Part shown: positions 22,259-32,308 of the stretch, piece by piece
How positions within the stretch are numbered: position 1 is the stretch's first letter
Layout of the letters: every line of letters begins with the position of its first letter
Origin: Candidatus Bathyarchaeota archaeon
Lineage (GTDB): Archaea; Thermoproteota; Bathyarchaeia; 40CM-2-53-6
Direction of reading: 5' to 3'
Assembly: GCA_963706285.1 (NCBI GenBank)
Contig: CAVPLU010000006.1
Location: 30,439-94,438, forward strand
Length of the DNA: 64,000 nucleotides
The notes under the pieces: model-generated
The model's input: the letters and a program-made list of their open reading frames with translations, nothing else
Databases searched by the model: none
What the model was told of the DNA's origin: nothing
Made by a program: the position numbers and the translations under genes

Positions 22259-22945
22259 TGTAGACTTCTGTTTGTGGAAGGTGGATCTTGTGATAGAGCC
22301 AATTCCATCATCTGCCAGCCAGTGGTGGGCGCTATTCAATACCTATCTATACTTGGGATTCGCGATAGGCCTAGTGGTAGTCGGGTTCATGCTATATTTC
22401 GTGTTCAGGTACAGATCAACCGGAACGCCCGAAAACGAGAAGCCCATCGATCTCGTACCTTCAAGAAGAATGGCTAAAACAATTCTGATGATGTTCCTGA
22501 TTACCTCTGGGATTCTAGATCGTTCTGGCAGTCGACAGCGCAGAGTTGACATTCAAGATCGAACAGGTTCCTCCTGCCTCGGAATCTCTAGTCATCAAAG
22601 TTACTGCGTTCCAATTCAATTTCCGTTTCGAGTACCCCAATGGTGTGCAGACTGTTGGAGAGTGTAGAATTCCGGCTGGAAAAGCTGTGGTTTTCAATGT
22701 CACGAGTATCGATGTCTACCATAATTTCGGTCTTCCAGACTTCAAAATGAAGATTGATGCAATCCCTGGAAGGTACAATACGCTCTGGATAGTCGCTCCT
22801 CCGTTGGATGGAGCAACCGAACGCCGGTACACCATCAGGTGCTATGAGATGTGCGGAATGGGTCACACGGAAATGGTGGCCACTTTGATTGCTATGGATC
22901 CTGCGAGCCTTCAGCCAGTGGCTCAATCAGACCCGAGGAAGCTAG
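22248..22945 (+). CDS. coxB: Heme-copper oxidase subunit II with CuA site (frameshifted; start may be ~22288)
   Basis: 'DVYHNF...CYEMCGMGHTEM' CuA motif and two N-terminal TM segments; assembled from ORFs 22248 and 22546. Confidence 0.85.
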
Positions 22946-22950
22946 TGCGT

Positions 22951-24450
22951 TTGCAAGAGTTTTGGTTTCAAGAGGTGGCTTACAACAACCAATCACAAAG
23001 ACATTGGAATACTCTACATAGTCACGTCTTTGTGTTTCCTAGTCTTGACAGGAACAATAGGGATGCTCCTGAGGTCTCAGATGACCTTCATGGACGAAAC
23101 CTTTCTCACGTCCAGCAAGTTACGAACAGGGTGTCACATTGCTTGGTTTGCTTGGAATCTTATGGTTCGGCTCACCTATGGGTATTGGACTTGCCAATTA
23201 CATTGTGCCGCTACAGATAGGCGCCAGAGACTTGGCATTTCCCCGCCTTAACGCATTGAGTTACTGGCTATACCTTCTCAGCGGTTTGACACTCACGAGC
23301 AGTATCTTTCTACCGGGAGGAGCTCCGATTACGGGATGGACGATCTATGCACCGCTCAGCACACTTGAAGTACAATCCGCAACTCGGCATGACATTGGGC
23401 GCGTTGGCCGTGGCTATGCTGACAGCTTCTATCGTTCTTGTCGTCCGTCAATTTCATGACGACCATACTGATGATGCGAAAAACCGGAATGACTTGGTCA
23501 AAGAGTCCCTATCTTCACGTGGAGCATTCTCTTCACTATCGCTATGATGTTGTTCGCATTTCCATCTTTTGCAGTAGGCTTGCTTCTGCTTGCTTCTGAT
23601 AGGATACTGGGCACTGTGTACCTCGTGTCCAACGAAGGCGGCGCGATTCTGTGGGATCAACTCTTCTGGTTCTTCGGTCATCCGGAAGTTTACATCGTTG
23701 CCTTTCCCGCGCTCGGAGTTTTGGGAGAAGTGATCAGCGCGTTCTCAAGAAGACCGCTATTCGGAACGAAGGAGATCGTTGCCGCCTTAGGAGTGGTTTC
23801 GGTCATGAGCATGCTGGTTTGGGTTCATCACATGTTCACCACAGGTGTAAGCCTCGAAATTAGAATAGTGTTCTCTCTGACGACGCAGGCTATCTCTCTC
23901 CCCACCGAGATGGTGATTATTGGTCTGATACTCACTCTGCGTAAGGGATCAATACGATTGCAGACGCCCATGATTTTTGCGTTAGGCGCCATCTTTGTCT
24001 TTATTGTTGGCGGGATAACTGGTGTTTTCCAATCCTCGATACCTCTCGATTATGCTCTGAGGGGAACCTATTTCATCGTAGCTCATTTTCACTACGTCAT
24101 GGTTGGTCTGCTTGTTTTCGGGTTATCTGCCGGCCTCCTCTACTGGTTCCCCAAGATTACAGGTAGAATGTACTATGAGAGACTTGGCAAGGTAAGCTTC
24201 TGGTTTTCTTTCTTCGGTTTCAATCTTCTCTACTTTCCCATGTTCTTCCTTCTGGACATGCCAAGAAGATCCTCGATGTTCTCTGAACCCACTTGGTGGC
24301 CATACAACTTTGCATCAACAATCGGGGCTTGGATATTCGGGCCATCTTTGCTCCTGTTGCTCGCAAATCTTGCAGTCAGCATGAAGAAAGGAGAATTTGT
24401 TTCGAGCAACCCATGGAAATCTCCGCAGCCTGAATGGCAAGAGAACGCCC
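22951..24450 (+). CDS. coxA: Heme-copper oxidase subunit I, A1-type (several frameshifts; probably fused to subunit III)
   Basis: 'WLTTTNHKDIGILY', 'IGARDLAFPRLN', 'WFFGHPEVY', 'WVHHMFT', 'AHFHYV', 'MPRR'. Confidence 0.88.
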
Positions 24451-25282
24451 AAAGATCCGAAGATCTCTCCCAAATCTCCCGACGATGCCGTGCGACCCGC
24501 CTCAGAACGAACAAAGAAAGCCACTCCGACACGGACGATCGTGGCTTCACAATCGATCCCTTTGATTCTTTCAGTTGGCGTGGCGGTATTTCTGTTCGCA
24601 CTGGCTTCATATCCCACCGTTCATGTTGCTGGGAATTGCCATAGTTGCGGTAGGCCTTGCTGTGTGGTTCTGGGATCACACGTACGATAGGTATGCTTCT
24701 CGTGAAGAAGTTGGTCTGGAAAAGTGGCCGCTCGTTTCTCTTTCCAAAGAAAAGGTCGGTGTATGGGTGTTTCTGGCATCAGAAGCGGTCATCTTCGGGT
24801 CAATAATTGCTGCTTACCTGTACGTTAGGGCAGGAAGCGCATCTTGGCCCATCTCATACGAGATTCATGGTGTTCCAATTGGTGCATTGAACACGATTAT
24901 ACTATTGACGAGCAGCTTTGCCATTATCATGGCTCGCGACTCAATCAAGATGAACAATCTCCGAGGACTGAAGATTTGGCTCTTCTGCACTTTCGGTTTG
25001 GGTTTCGTTTTTCTGCTGATAAAGGGATTTGAATGGCTGCAATTGATGGCCAAAGGTTTCATCATATCGAGCGGACTGCCCGCTTCTACGTACTATGTCA
25101 CAACCGGGGCCCACGCAATACATGTTGGCGTTGGGCTGGTCGCCGTTCTCTACCTGATGATTAAGGCTCAGAAGGGAAGATTTAGTGCACAACAACACGC
25201 GGCGGTTGAGAACATAGGTCTCTACTGGCACTTTGTCGACATAGTCTGGATGTTCCTCTTCCCGCTCTTCTACCTGATATAG
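24451..25282 (+). CDS. coxC: Heme-copper oxidase subunit III domain
   Basis: 'VWVFLASE', 'NTIILLTSS', 'TGAHAIHV', '[17 protein letters not shown]'. Confidence 0.88.
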
Positions 25283-25569
25283 TGATAACGATGAAGTCAA
25301 GAGTCTTCTATGCAATCGTGTGGGCCGTTCTAGTTGGGGCCACAGTAATGGAGGTGTTCACGCGTTCATTGCCGATGGCTGTGTCACTGATCGTCCTCAT
25401 CATAATCGCTATTGCCTGCACAAAGGCTGTGCTAATCGCATTGTACTATCAGGGCCTGCGTTATGAGCCTGCGAGTCTAGCAGTCCTTCCGTTGGCCGCG
25501 TTCTTCATAGTCGCACTGTTAGCAATCACATCGCTTCTCATGGCCAGTATGAGCGGTATGGGCATGTAA
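25282..25569 (+). CDS. Cytochrome oxidase subunit IV-like protein
   Basis: 3 TM helices, 'KAVLIALYYQGLRYE', directly after subunit III. Confidence 0.75.
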   Translation: MITMKSRVFYAIVWAVLVGATVMEVFTRSLPMAVSLIVLIIIAIACTKAVLIALYYQGLRYEPASLAVLPLAAFFIVALLAITSLLMASMSGMGM

Positions 25570-25655
25570 GCACTCCATTTGTCTCATGATTCCTTGCTGA
25601 GGGACTATGGGATTCAGGTCGGCTCCAAACGTTGATCTTGGCTGGATGATGAGCC

Positions 25656-26534
25656 ATGGTGCCACTGGACAAATATCTCGAACTGACTAAGCCAAGAGTC
25701 ACCTCTCTTAATGTCGCTGTAGGCATCACCTGCTTTGTCCTAGCAGAGCTTCCGAGGATCGACTGGCCAACTCTGATCATATTCGGTACCGTAGCCTACC
25801 TGACTGTTGGGGGATGTGGAGCGTTGAACTGTTACTTTGACAGAGATTTGGACAAGCTCATGGATAGAACCTGTCGAAGAGCAATTCCATCTGGCGCGAT
25901 AACTCCGGTCAACGCGCTACTGTACGGCCTCATTCTATTAACAGTTGGAATGTTTGGAGCGTACTTCACTTTCAGTAAGCTAGCATTTGGCATGATTGTG
26001 ATGGGGGCAGCTGTCTATCTCTTTGTCTATACTCACTGGTTGAAACGAAGAAGTCGATGGAATGTCGTGATAGGAGGAGTTTCAGGGAGCTTCGCGGCGC
26101 TATCCGGGTGGGCCGCAACCGGCAACGTGTTCAGTTTGACGCCGATGTTGGTGGCTCTGTTGGATTTCTTGTGGACTCCAGGGCACTTGTGGGGGCTTGC
26201 CATCGCAAAGGTTAAGGAGTATCGCGATGCGTCTGTGCCAATGCTTCCTGTCGCACTCGGTGTAGAAATCGCTTCGCGATACGTCTTCCTGTTCAACGTG
26301 CTTACCTTCGCGTCCTCCTTGATGTTTCCCCTACTTGGATTGACAGGGCCAGTATACTCGGTGATCGCGGTCTTTGCCGGTGCTCTACTGCTGTTGAGGA
26401 GCTGGAAGCTGTTGAAGTCGCCGTCCGAAGGACAGGGTTCGAGACTGTTTCTATTGTCAGTTGCCTATCTGTCATGCATGATGATTGCTCTCATCGTCGA
26501 TAGGCTGCTTTTCCTGAATGGATTTCCTTGGTGA
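25656..26534 (+). CDS. ctaB: Protoheme IX farnesyltransferase (heme O synthase)
   Basis: 'LTKPRV', 'DRDLDKLMDRT..R', 'YTHWLKRR', 'WTPGH', 'VPMLP'. Confidence 0.92.
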   Translation: MVPLDKYLELTKPRVTSLNVAVGITCFVLAELPRIDWPTLIIFGTVAYLTVGGCGALNCYFDRDLDKLMDRTCRRAIPSGAITPVNALLYGLILLTVGMFGAYFTFSKLAFGMIVMGAAVYLFVYTHWLKRRSRWNVVIGGVSGSFAALSGWAATGNVFSLTPMLVALLDFLWTPGHLWGLAIAKVKEYRDASVPMLPVALGVEIASRYVFLFNVLTFASSLMFPLLGLTGPVYSVIAVFAGALLLLRSWKLLKSPSEGQGSRLFLLSVAYLSCMMIALIVDRLLFLNGFPW

Positions 26535-26740
26535 TTCAATTCTATCTCAGTCAAGTCGAGGATCCTGTGGGTTCTTATTCCTGCAAAACTCGGCTGATAG
26601 AGTTCCATTCAGATGCCTGACCGACTGTCCTAGAAGCTCTGCGACTTCAATGGGAACTTGATCGATCATGCGACGCGGCTAGCAAGAGTATTGGTAATTC
26701 ACATCTGTGATTGCTTATACTTAATTAGGCCCGATTCGCG

Positions 26741-27546
26741 GTGTATGGATCGAGGAGAATTCTATCTTTGACGACGCCTGCCACGGAACAGCCTAGTAGA
26801 AGGAGAACTCTCAAGATCATAGTTGGTGGTGCTATCCTGGCAATCGCAGCTGTGGTAGCAGGCACTTGGAGAATCTTCACCGGGAGTCCCGAAACTGCTT
26901 CTACCACTACGACCACGAGTTCCGCGGCTGCTTCTACAACCTCGACAAATGAGTCCTGCAGCTTCTACAACTGTGACCATGAGTCCTACAGCTGCTTCTA
27001 CCACCGGCCCACTTGCATGGCCTAGGCTAAAGGCGATAAATGCGAAATCGCTAGAGCCGCTGAAAGCGCTCTGCGTTCGACTATCCTTTGGTTGGCACCT
27101 CCGAACTTCCTAGTCAAGCTCGGCGTGAAGGCTGACAACGGCGTCGGGCCGGATGGCGATATCGTTGCTTTCAGCGCCATATGCCAGCACCAAGGCTGCT
27201 GTTACGATTTCGCGCCGCCCACTTCCAGGACAAGTGCCATAACGACCGTAAACGCTCCGCCTGCGGGCAACTGCGGCTGCCACGGTTCAGTGCTTCGATT
27301 TCGTTCATAACGGCGCAGTGATAGGAGGCCCTGCTCCTTATCCCGTTCCGAGAGTGATGCTCGAGTACGACCAAGCCACAGGAGACATCTATGTAGTAGG
27401 CATGGGACCGCCCACGATATACGGACAAGGCCCTATCTGGGACCACAGATCCGGCTGAAGTTCTCAAGTACGATCTTCAGGGAGGCCAGATTGTCACTCA
27501 GATTACGCTTGACCCCGGCCTGATGCTAAGTCGGCCTCGTGCTTAG
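26741..27546 (+). CDS. Second Rieske [2Fe-2S] protein, paralog of 19867..20550 (multiple frameshifts)
   Basis: Tat 'SRRRTLK', Thr/Ser linker, 'LVKLGVKADNGVGPDGDIVAFSAICQHQGC', 'CGCHGS', 'DIYVVGMGPP'. Confidence 0.78.
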
Positions 27547-27649
27547 AGTCTACGCATATGCTACATGATGGTGAATCGTCGATGGTCCCATGTCTGGTGG
27601 CATCAAGTCCATCTGACTGCACATCCTTGGGGTGGAATTGCGGATTAGC

Positions 27650-28468
27650 CTACACGGTCCTCGGAGGTGCGTCGGGAATTCCTTCGCGACGCTTGAACTC
27701 GCTCGCTGCTGCCACCGGTGCTCCCTGTTTTGGTTTGGCGATTCCGAGCTTGTGTCTGAGCGAGTCTCTGCGGAGGAGCTGAATTCCAAGCGCTGGATCC
27801 ACACCTCTGGGGCAGACGGCTGAGCACGCTCCTGCGAAATGGCATCTCCAGCACCCATGCGGTTCGTCCACGACTTCGAATCTAGACGAGGCACCCTCAT
27901 CACGTGAATCTGCATTGTAATGGAACGCCTGAGCAAGCGCCTGCGGTCCAATGAACTTCTGGTCAGTTGGGATGACCGGGCACGCGGAATTGCATAGCCC
28001 GCACATGATGCAATAGGCAAACTGAAGATAGCTCTCCATTTGCTCGGGAGTCTGCACGTATTCTCTGGTTGGTTTCTCAAGCTCGTCATGGTCAGTTCGG
28101 ATTATGAACGGCTTCACCTTTCTGTGCTTCACATAGAGTTCCGTTAGGTCTGGAACCAAGTCCCTGATGATCGGGTAGTTTGGCAGTGGCTCGAGCACTA
28201 TCCGGTCGGTTCCTAGGTCTGCAAGTTGCGTCTGACATGCGAGCATCCAGCGTCCATTTATCTTCATACCGCATGATCCGCAGATTCCCATTCTGCAAGA
28301 GACCCTCCAGGTGACGGAGCCATCTAGCTCTTCCTTGATCGCGAAGAGAGCATCGTTGACTGTCATGCCCGGCTTTACACTCACTTCGTACTCGCTGAAT
28401 TGCAACTGCTCTTGTTTATCAGGTCGGAATCTCTGTATCTTGATGTGTACTTTCTTTGGCGTGGTCAT
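27650..28468 (-). CDS. sdhB: Succinate dehydrogenase Fe-S subunit
   Basis: 'SCRMGICGSC', 'CIMCGLCNSACP', 'CHFAGACSAVCP'. Confidence 0.93.
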   Translation of the reverse strand: MTTPKKVHIKIQRFRPDKQEQLQFSEYEVSVKPGMTVNDALFAIKEELDGSVTWRVSCRMGICGSCGMKINGRWMLACQTQLADLGTDRIVLEPLPNYPIIRDLVPDLTELYVKHRKVKPFIIRTDHDELEKPTREYVQTPEQMESYLQFAYCIMCGLCNSACPVIPTDQKFIGPQALAQAFHYNADSRDEGASSRFEVVDEPHGCWRCHFAGACSAVCPRGVDPALGIQLLRRDSLRHKLGIAKPKQGAPVAAASEFKRREGIPDAPPRTV

Positions 28469-28478
28469 TTCAAATCAT

Positions 28479-28839
28479 CTACAGGAACAGGGCAGCTATC
28501 GCAACGTATGCTCCGAATGCGAATAGACCAGCCCCCGCGAGGAAACAGATGATGGAAACCAACCGCTCGTAGGTCTCTAGTTAGTGTGAGTTCATAGACA
28601 ATCGATCTGATTCCGTACATGCCATGAAAGGTCGCGGCGCCGAGAAGTGCTGTGTATGTCATGGTGTAGAAGATGTCTTTGGCTCGGGAACGAATGAATT
28701 CCCAGGAAAGGGCCAGCTCGTAGCCGGGCGCGCCAACTGGTCCAAGCAGAGTGGAGAAGTTGTGAAGGTGGATTGGAATCGCGATCACGAGCACGAGTGC
28801 CATCACAATGTGTAGAAACCAGAGCGTAGATTCTTTCAT
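28479..28839 (-). CDS. sdhD: Succinate dehydrogenase membrane anchor (frameshift near the 3' end)
   Basis: 3 TM helices, 'FHGMYGIR', position in the sdh operon. Confidence 0.8.
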
Positions 28840-28843
28840 GTGA

Positions 28844-29347
28844 TCATCTCCCGGGGATCGCCAACGGGACATAGACTAGGTACTCAAGAGCCGCTCCGGC
28901 CAGCAGGATCCCGCCCACGATCATGAGTGACAGGATGAAGTATCGCTGCCTTCTTCCAAGAGATTTCGGTTTGTAAGGATAGATGGGCCGCTGTGGCTCT
29001 CCAATTGAAAGGCCCACCTCGGCTAGGATCAGTCTAATCCCGTTTAACCCATGGAACGCAACGACTGCTACGAGGAGCCATTCTCCGGCGTAGATCAACG
29101 GGTTCTCGATAGTAAGCAGAAATGCATTCCATGGAGCAGGTCCTTTGAGTCTGGTGGCGGTAGTGTAAACATGAATGAACAAGTATCCAACTAACGTGAT
29201 GCCGCAGAGACGATGCATCGAATAGAAGTATCGCTCAAGATTTAGATGGCGAGAATCAAACCATCCAAAGATTCCTCTGCGATTTCCGCGCGATTTCTGA
29301 GGCAGCTCCGATTTTGCGTGCGTCGGACTTCGTTCGTCTGTCATCAC
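28844..29347 (-). CDS. sdhC: Succinate dehydrogenase cytochrome b subunit
   Basis: 'MHRLCG...LFIHV', 'FHGLNGIRLIL'. Confidence 0.88.
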   Translation of the reverse strand: MMTDERSPTHAKSELPQKSRGNRRGIFGWFDSRHLNLERYFYSMHRLCGITLVGYLFIHVYTTATRLKGPAPWNAFLLTIENPLIYAGEWLLVAVVAFHGLNGIRLILAEVGLSIGEPQRPIYPYKPKSLGRRQRYFILSLMIVGGILLAGAALEYLVYVPLAIPGR

Positions 29348-29348
29348 T

Positions 29349-31064
29349 TCAATACCTCCTCTCTATGGGCTTCCAGATGGTCACGCGTACTGGAGAATAA
29401 TCGAGTTTAGGCCCTTCCGAGGTACGGTAGGCGAGCGTGTGCTTCAGCCAGTTGAGATCATCTCGTGCCGGATAATCCAGCCTTGAGTGCGCGCCACGCG
29501 ATTCCTGTCGAGCGATCCCGCCGACGAGCATGACCTCTGCAAGCTCAAGCATATTCTCAAGTTCTAGCGCAGAGAATAGGTCCGTATTGTAAGCTCGGCT
29601 TTCGTCCTCCATTTTGGCTCTTGCGAATCTTGATTTCATCTCCCTGATTTTCCCGAGCGCATACTGCATCTGTTCGAGCGTCCGAAAGATACCAAAGTTC
29701 ACGTCCATAAGATCCCGCAGTTCCTGTCGAATGTCATAGATCTTCTCGCCCGTTTCGTGTTTTAGCAGGTTCCCATAGATTCGATCTTCAACTTGGTCAG
29801 TGGTATCTTTCGAGACAGGTCTACCCGGTTTTGTGTTTGTGGCAAATTCCGCGGCCTTCTGACCGCAGATCTTTCCATAAACGAGACACTCTGCCAGTGA
29901 ATTTGTTCCGAGGCGATTTGCGCCATGTATGCTCACACAAGATGCCTCGCCTGCAGCCCACAAGCCTTGAACGCGCGTCGCACCATACGAGTCGGTCTCA
30001 ATTCCTCCCATCGTGTAATGCTGGACCGGGCGAACTGGAATAGGTTCATTGATTGGGTCGATGCCGAGAAACTTCATGGAGAGCTCTCTTACAAAGGGGA
30101 TCTTGCTGTTTATCGTGTCAGCGCCCAGATGCCGCAAGTCGAGCTTCACGCAAGGTATTCCTTCAGGGCCTTCGATTCCCCTGCCCTGCTGGATCTCCGT
30201 TGCGATCGCCCTGGAAATGATGTCGCGAGGAGCGAGTTCCATCATCTTAGGTGCATAATCTTCTAGAAACCTTCTGTTTTCACGGTTCAGGAGGTGACCT
30301 CCTTCACCACGGGAGGCTTCGGTGATCAAAATTCCAGACGGCATCAGACCTGTCGGGTGGAACTGAATGAATTCCATGTCTTTCAGTGGAACACCCGCAC
30401 GATATGCCAATGCATATCCATCCCCCGTGGAAGTGTGCGAATATGAAGTGAACTTGAATAGTCTGCCCACGCCGCCCGTCGCAACAATGCACGCCTTGGC
30501 TGAAATCGCGTGGACCCTTCCTGATGTCATCTCCAGTGCAGTGATCCCTGTGAATCTTCCATTCTCCACTTCGATCGATGTCGCGAAGAATTCGTCGTAG
30601 CGCGTGATATTGTCGTACTTCAGGAGCGTATTGTGCATTGTTTGCATCAGGAAGAAGCCTGTCTTATCTGCCGCGTAGACAGCCCTGGGAAAACTGTGGC
30701 CGCCAAAGGGTCTTTGATCTATTCGGCCGTTGGCGTCTCGGTTCCAGGGAACGCCCCAATGTTCGACTCTGAATATCTCTTCAGGGAGGACACGTACGAA
30801 CATGTCGACCGCGTCTTGGTCAGCAAGAAAATCGCTACCTTTCACTGTGTCCCAAGCGTGCAGTTCGTAGGTATCTCCTTCCTCCGGCCTGAGAACCGCA
30901 GCTGTTCCGCCCTCTGCTGCTACTGAGTGTGAGCGCATTGGGTGAACTTTCGATACAAGGGCCACGTCAATCTTGCCATTTGTTGCTCTGGATGCTTCGA
31001 TTGCCGCTCGTTGGCCTGCAAGGCCAGCGCCGAGAATTAGTAGATCATGCGAAGTCTTTTCCAA
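29349..31064 (-). CDS. sdhA: Succinate dehydrogenase flavoprotein
   Basis: 'RSHSVAAEGG', 'QFHPTG', 'HYTMGG', 'HGANRLG', 'ESRGAH'. Confidence 0.95.
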   Translation of the reverse strand: MEKTSHDLLILGAGLAGQRAAIEASRATNGKIDVALVSKVHPMRSHSVAAEGGTAAVLRPEEGDTYELHAWDTVKGSDFLADQDAVDMFVRVLPEEIFRVEHWGVPWNRDANGRIDQRPFGGHSFPRAVYAADKTGFFLMQTMHNTLLKYDNITRYDEFFATSIEVENGRFTGITALEMTSGRVHAISAKACIVATGGVGRLFKFTSYSHTSTGDGYALAYRAGVPLKDMEFIQFHPTGLMPSGILITEASRGEGGHLLNRENRRFLEDYAPKMMELAPRDIISRAIATEIQQGRGIEGPEGIPCVKLDLRHLGADTINSKIPFVRELSMKFLGIDPINEPIPVRPVQHYTMGGIETDSYGATRVQGLWAAGEASCVSIHGANRLGTNSLAECLVYGKICGQKAAEFATNTKPGRPVSKDTTDQVEDRIYGNLLKHETGEKIYDIRQELRDLMDVNFGIFRTLEQMQYALGKIREMKSRFARAKMEDESRAYNTDLFSALELENMLELAEVMLVGGIARQESRGAHSRLDYPARDDLNWLKHTLAYRTSEGPKLDYSPVRVTIWKPIERRY

Positions 31065-31100
31065 ACTGTGTCACCAAATTCAGTAGATCAACTTTAGGTC

Positions 31101-32291
31101 TCACGGTTGTTGGGTTCTCTTTCCTAGAGGAATATAGCGACATCCAATCGGCCCACAATACTTTCCGTGGTATTCGGCGGCGGGTCTATACAGCATGGGC
31201 TTGATCGGCGGTTCTGGAAACTTCTCTTCAACAATGTGGGCTGTCCACCCTGCGATTCTGGATACAGCGAATACTGGTGTGTACAGCTCTGGGGCTATTC
31301 CCATCATGTAGTATACTGACGCACTGTAGAGATCGACATTCGGATTGATTTCCTCGCCTCTACGCTTCTTGAACTCCCGCTTTGTGCTTTCCTCAATCTT
31401 CCTCGTCATGAGATACCACTTTGGTTCCCCTGTTCTTCGCGCGAGCCTTTCGGACATGTGCCGCAGTATGTCTGCTCTTGGATCCAAAGTTTTGTAGACC
31501 GCATGGCCCATTCCCATGATTCGTTGACCTGAGTCGAAACGAGCTTTGACCCACTCCTCAACGTTGCTAGGGTCACCAATCTCTAGCAAGTTCTTCATTA
31601 CCTGCGAGTTGGCGCCGCCATGAAGCTCACCCGATAATGATCCAATGGCGGCAACCACGGACGCGTAAATGTGTGCCCTCGTCGACGCGACTACGCGGGC
31701 AGCGAATGTGGAGGCGTTGAATGAGTGTTCCGCGTGTATGATTAGGCAGATGTCAAAATCTCGCGCAGTTTCATCATCGGGGGTTGTCCCCGTGAGCATG
31801 TAGAGGAAGTTGGCTGCATGGGGCAGTTTCTTGTCGGGCGGTATCGGTGCTAGGTTTCTTCTTGCTCTATCCCACGCCGCAACGACAGTCGGCACCTTAG
31901 CGATTAGACGTGTTGCCTTCCTTTGGTTTGCTTCTTTCGATTCGTCTGATAGCTCTGGGTCGAAGGCTGCCAGCAGGGCGACTGTCGACTGCAGTACATC
32001 CATGGCTGCTGATGTCTTCGGGATCTTCTCGAGGTAATCATTGACGACCTGAGGTAGTTCTCTTTCGGACGCGAGCTTTGAACGAAACTCTTCCAAATGA
32101 GAAGAGTCAGGAAGGTCGCCGTTGAGGAGAAGATAGGTCACCTCTTCATACGTGGAGTATTCTGCAAGGTCGTGGATGTCGTAGCCTCTGTATGAGAGCT
32201 CTCCCATGGCTCCATCTATGAGACAAATGTTCGAGTCAGCCACCGGGATGCCGCGGAGGCCGATGTCTTTGGTCGTTGGCTCCGTTGACAT
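31101..32291 (-). CDS. gltA: Citrate (or 2-methylcitrate) synthase
   Basis: 'EHSFNAST', 'LHGGAN', 'GMGHAVYK', 'PNVDLYS'. Confidence 0.9.
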   Translation of the reverse strand: MSTEPTTKDIGLRGIPVADSNICLIDGAMGELSYRGYDIHDLAEYSTYEEVTYLLLNGDLPDSSHLEEFRSKLASERELPQVVNDYLEKIPKTSAAMDVLQSTVALLAAFDPELSDESKEANQRKATRLIAKVPTVVAAWDRARRNLAPIPPDKKLPHAANFLYMLTGTTPDDETARDFDICLIIHAEHSFNASTFAARVVASTRAHIYASVVAAIGSLSGELHGGANSQVMKNLLEIGDPSNVEEWVKARFDSGQRIMGMGHAVYKTLDPRADILRHMSERLARRTGEPKWYLMTRKIEESTKREFKKRRGEEINPNVDLYSASVYYMMGIAPELYTPVFAVSRIAGWTAHIVEEKFPEPPIKPMLYRPAAEYHGKYCGPIGCRYIPLGKRTQQP

Positions 32292-32308
32292 ATCTATTCC
32301 ACCTCGGC

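Noticed and set aside
22500-24620. Programmed ribosomal frameshifting in the cox genes
   Set aside because: Multiple scattered shifts without consistent slippery sites; the same pattern occurs across the window
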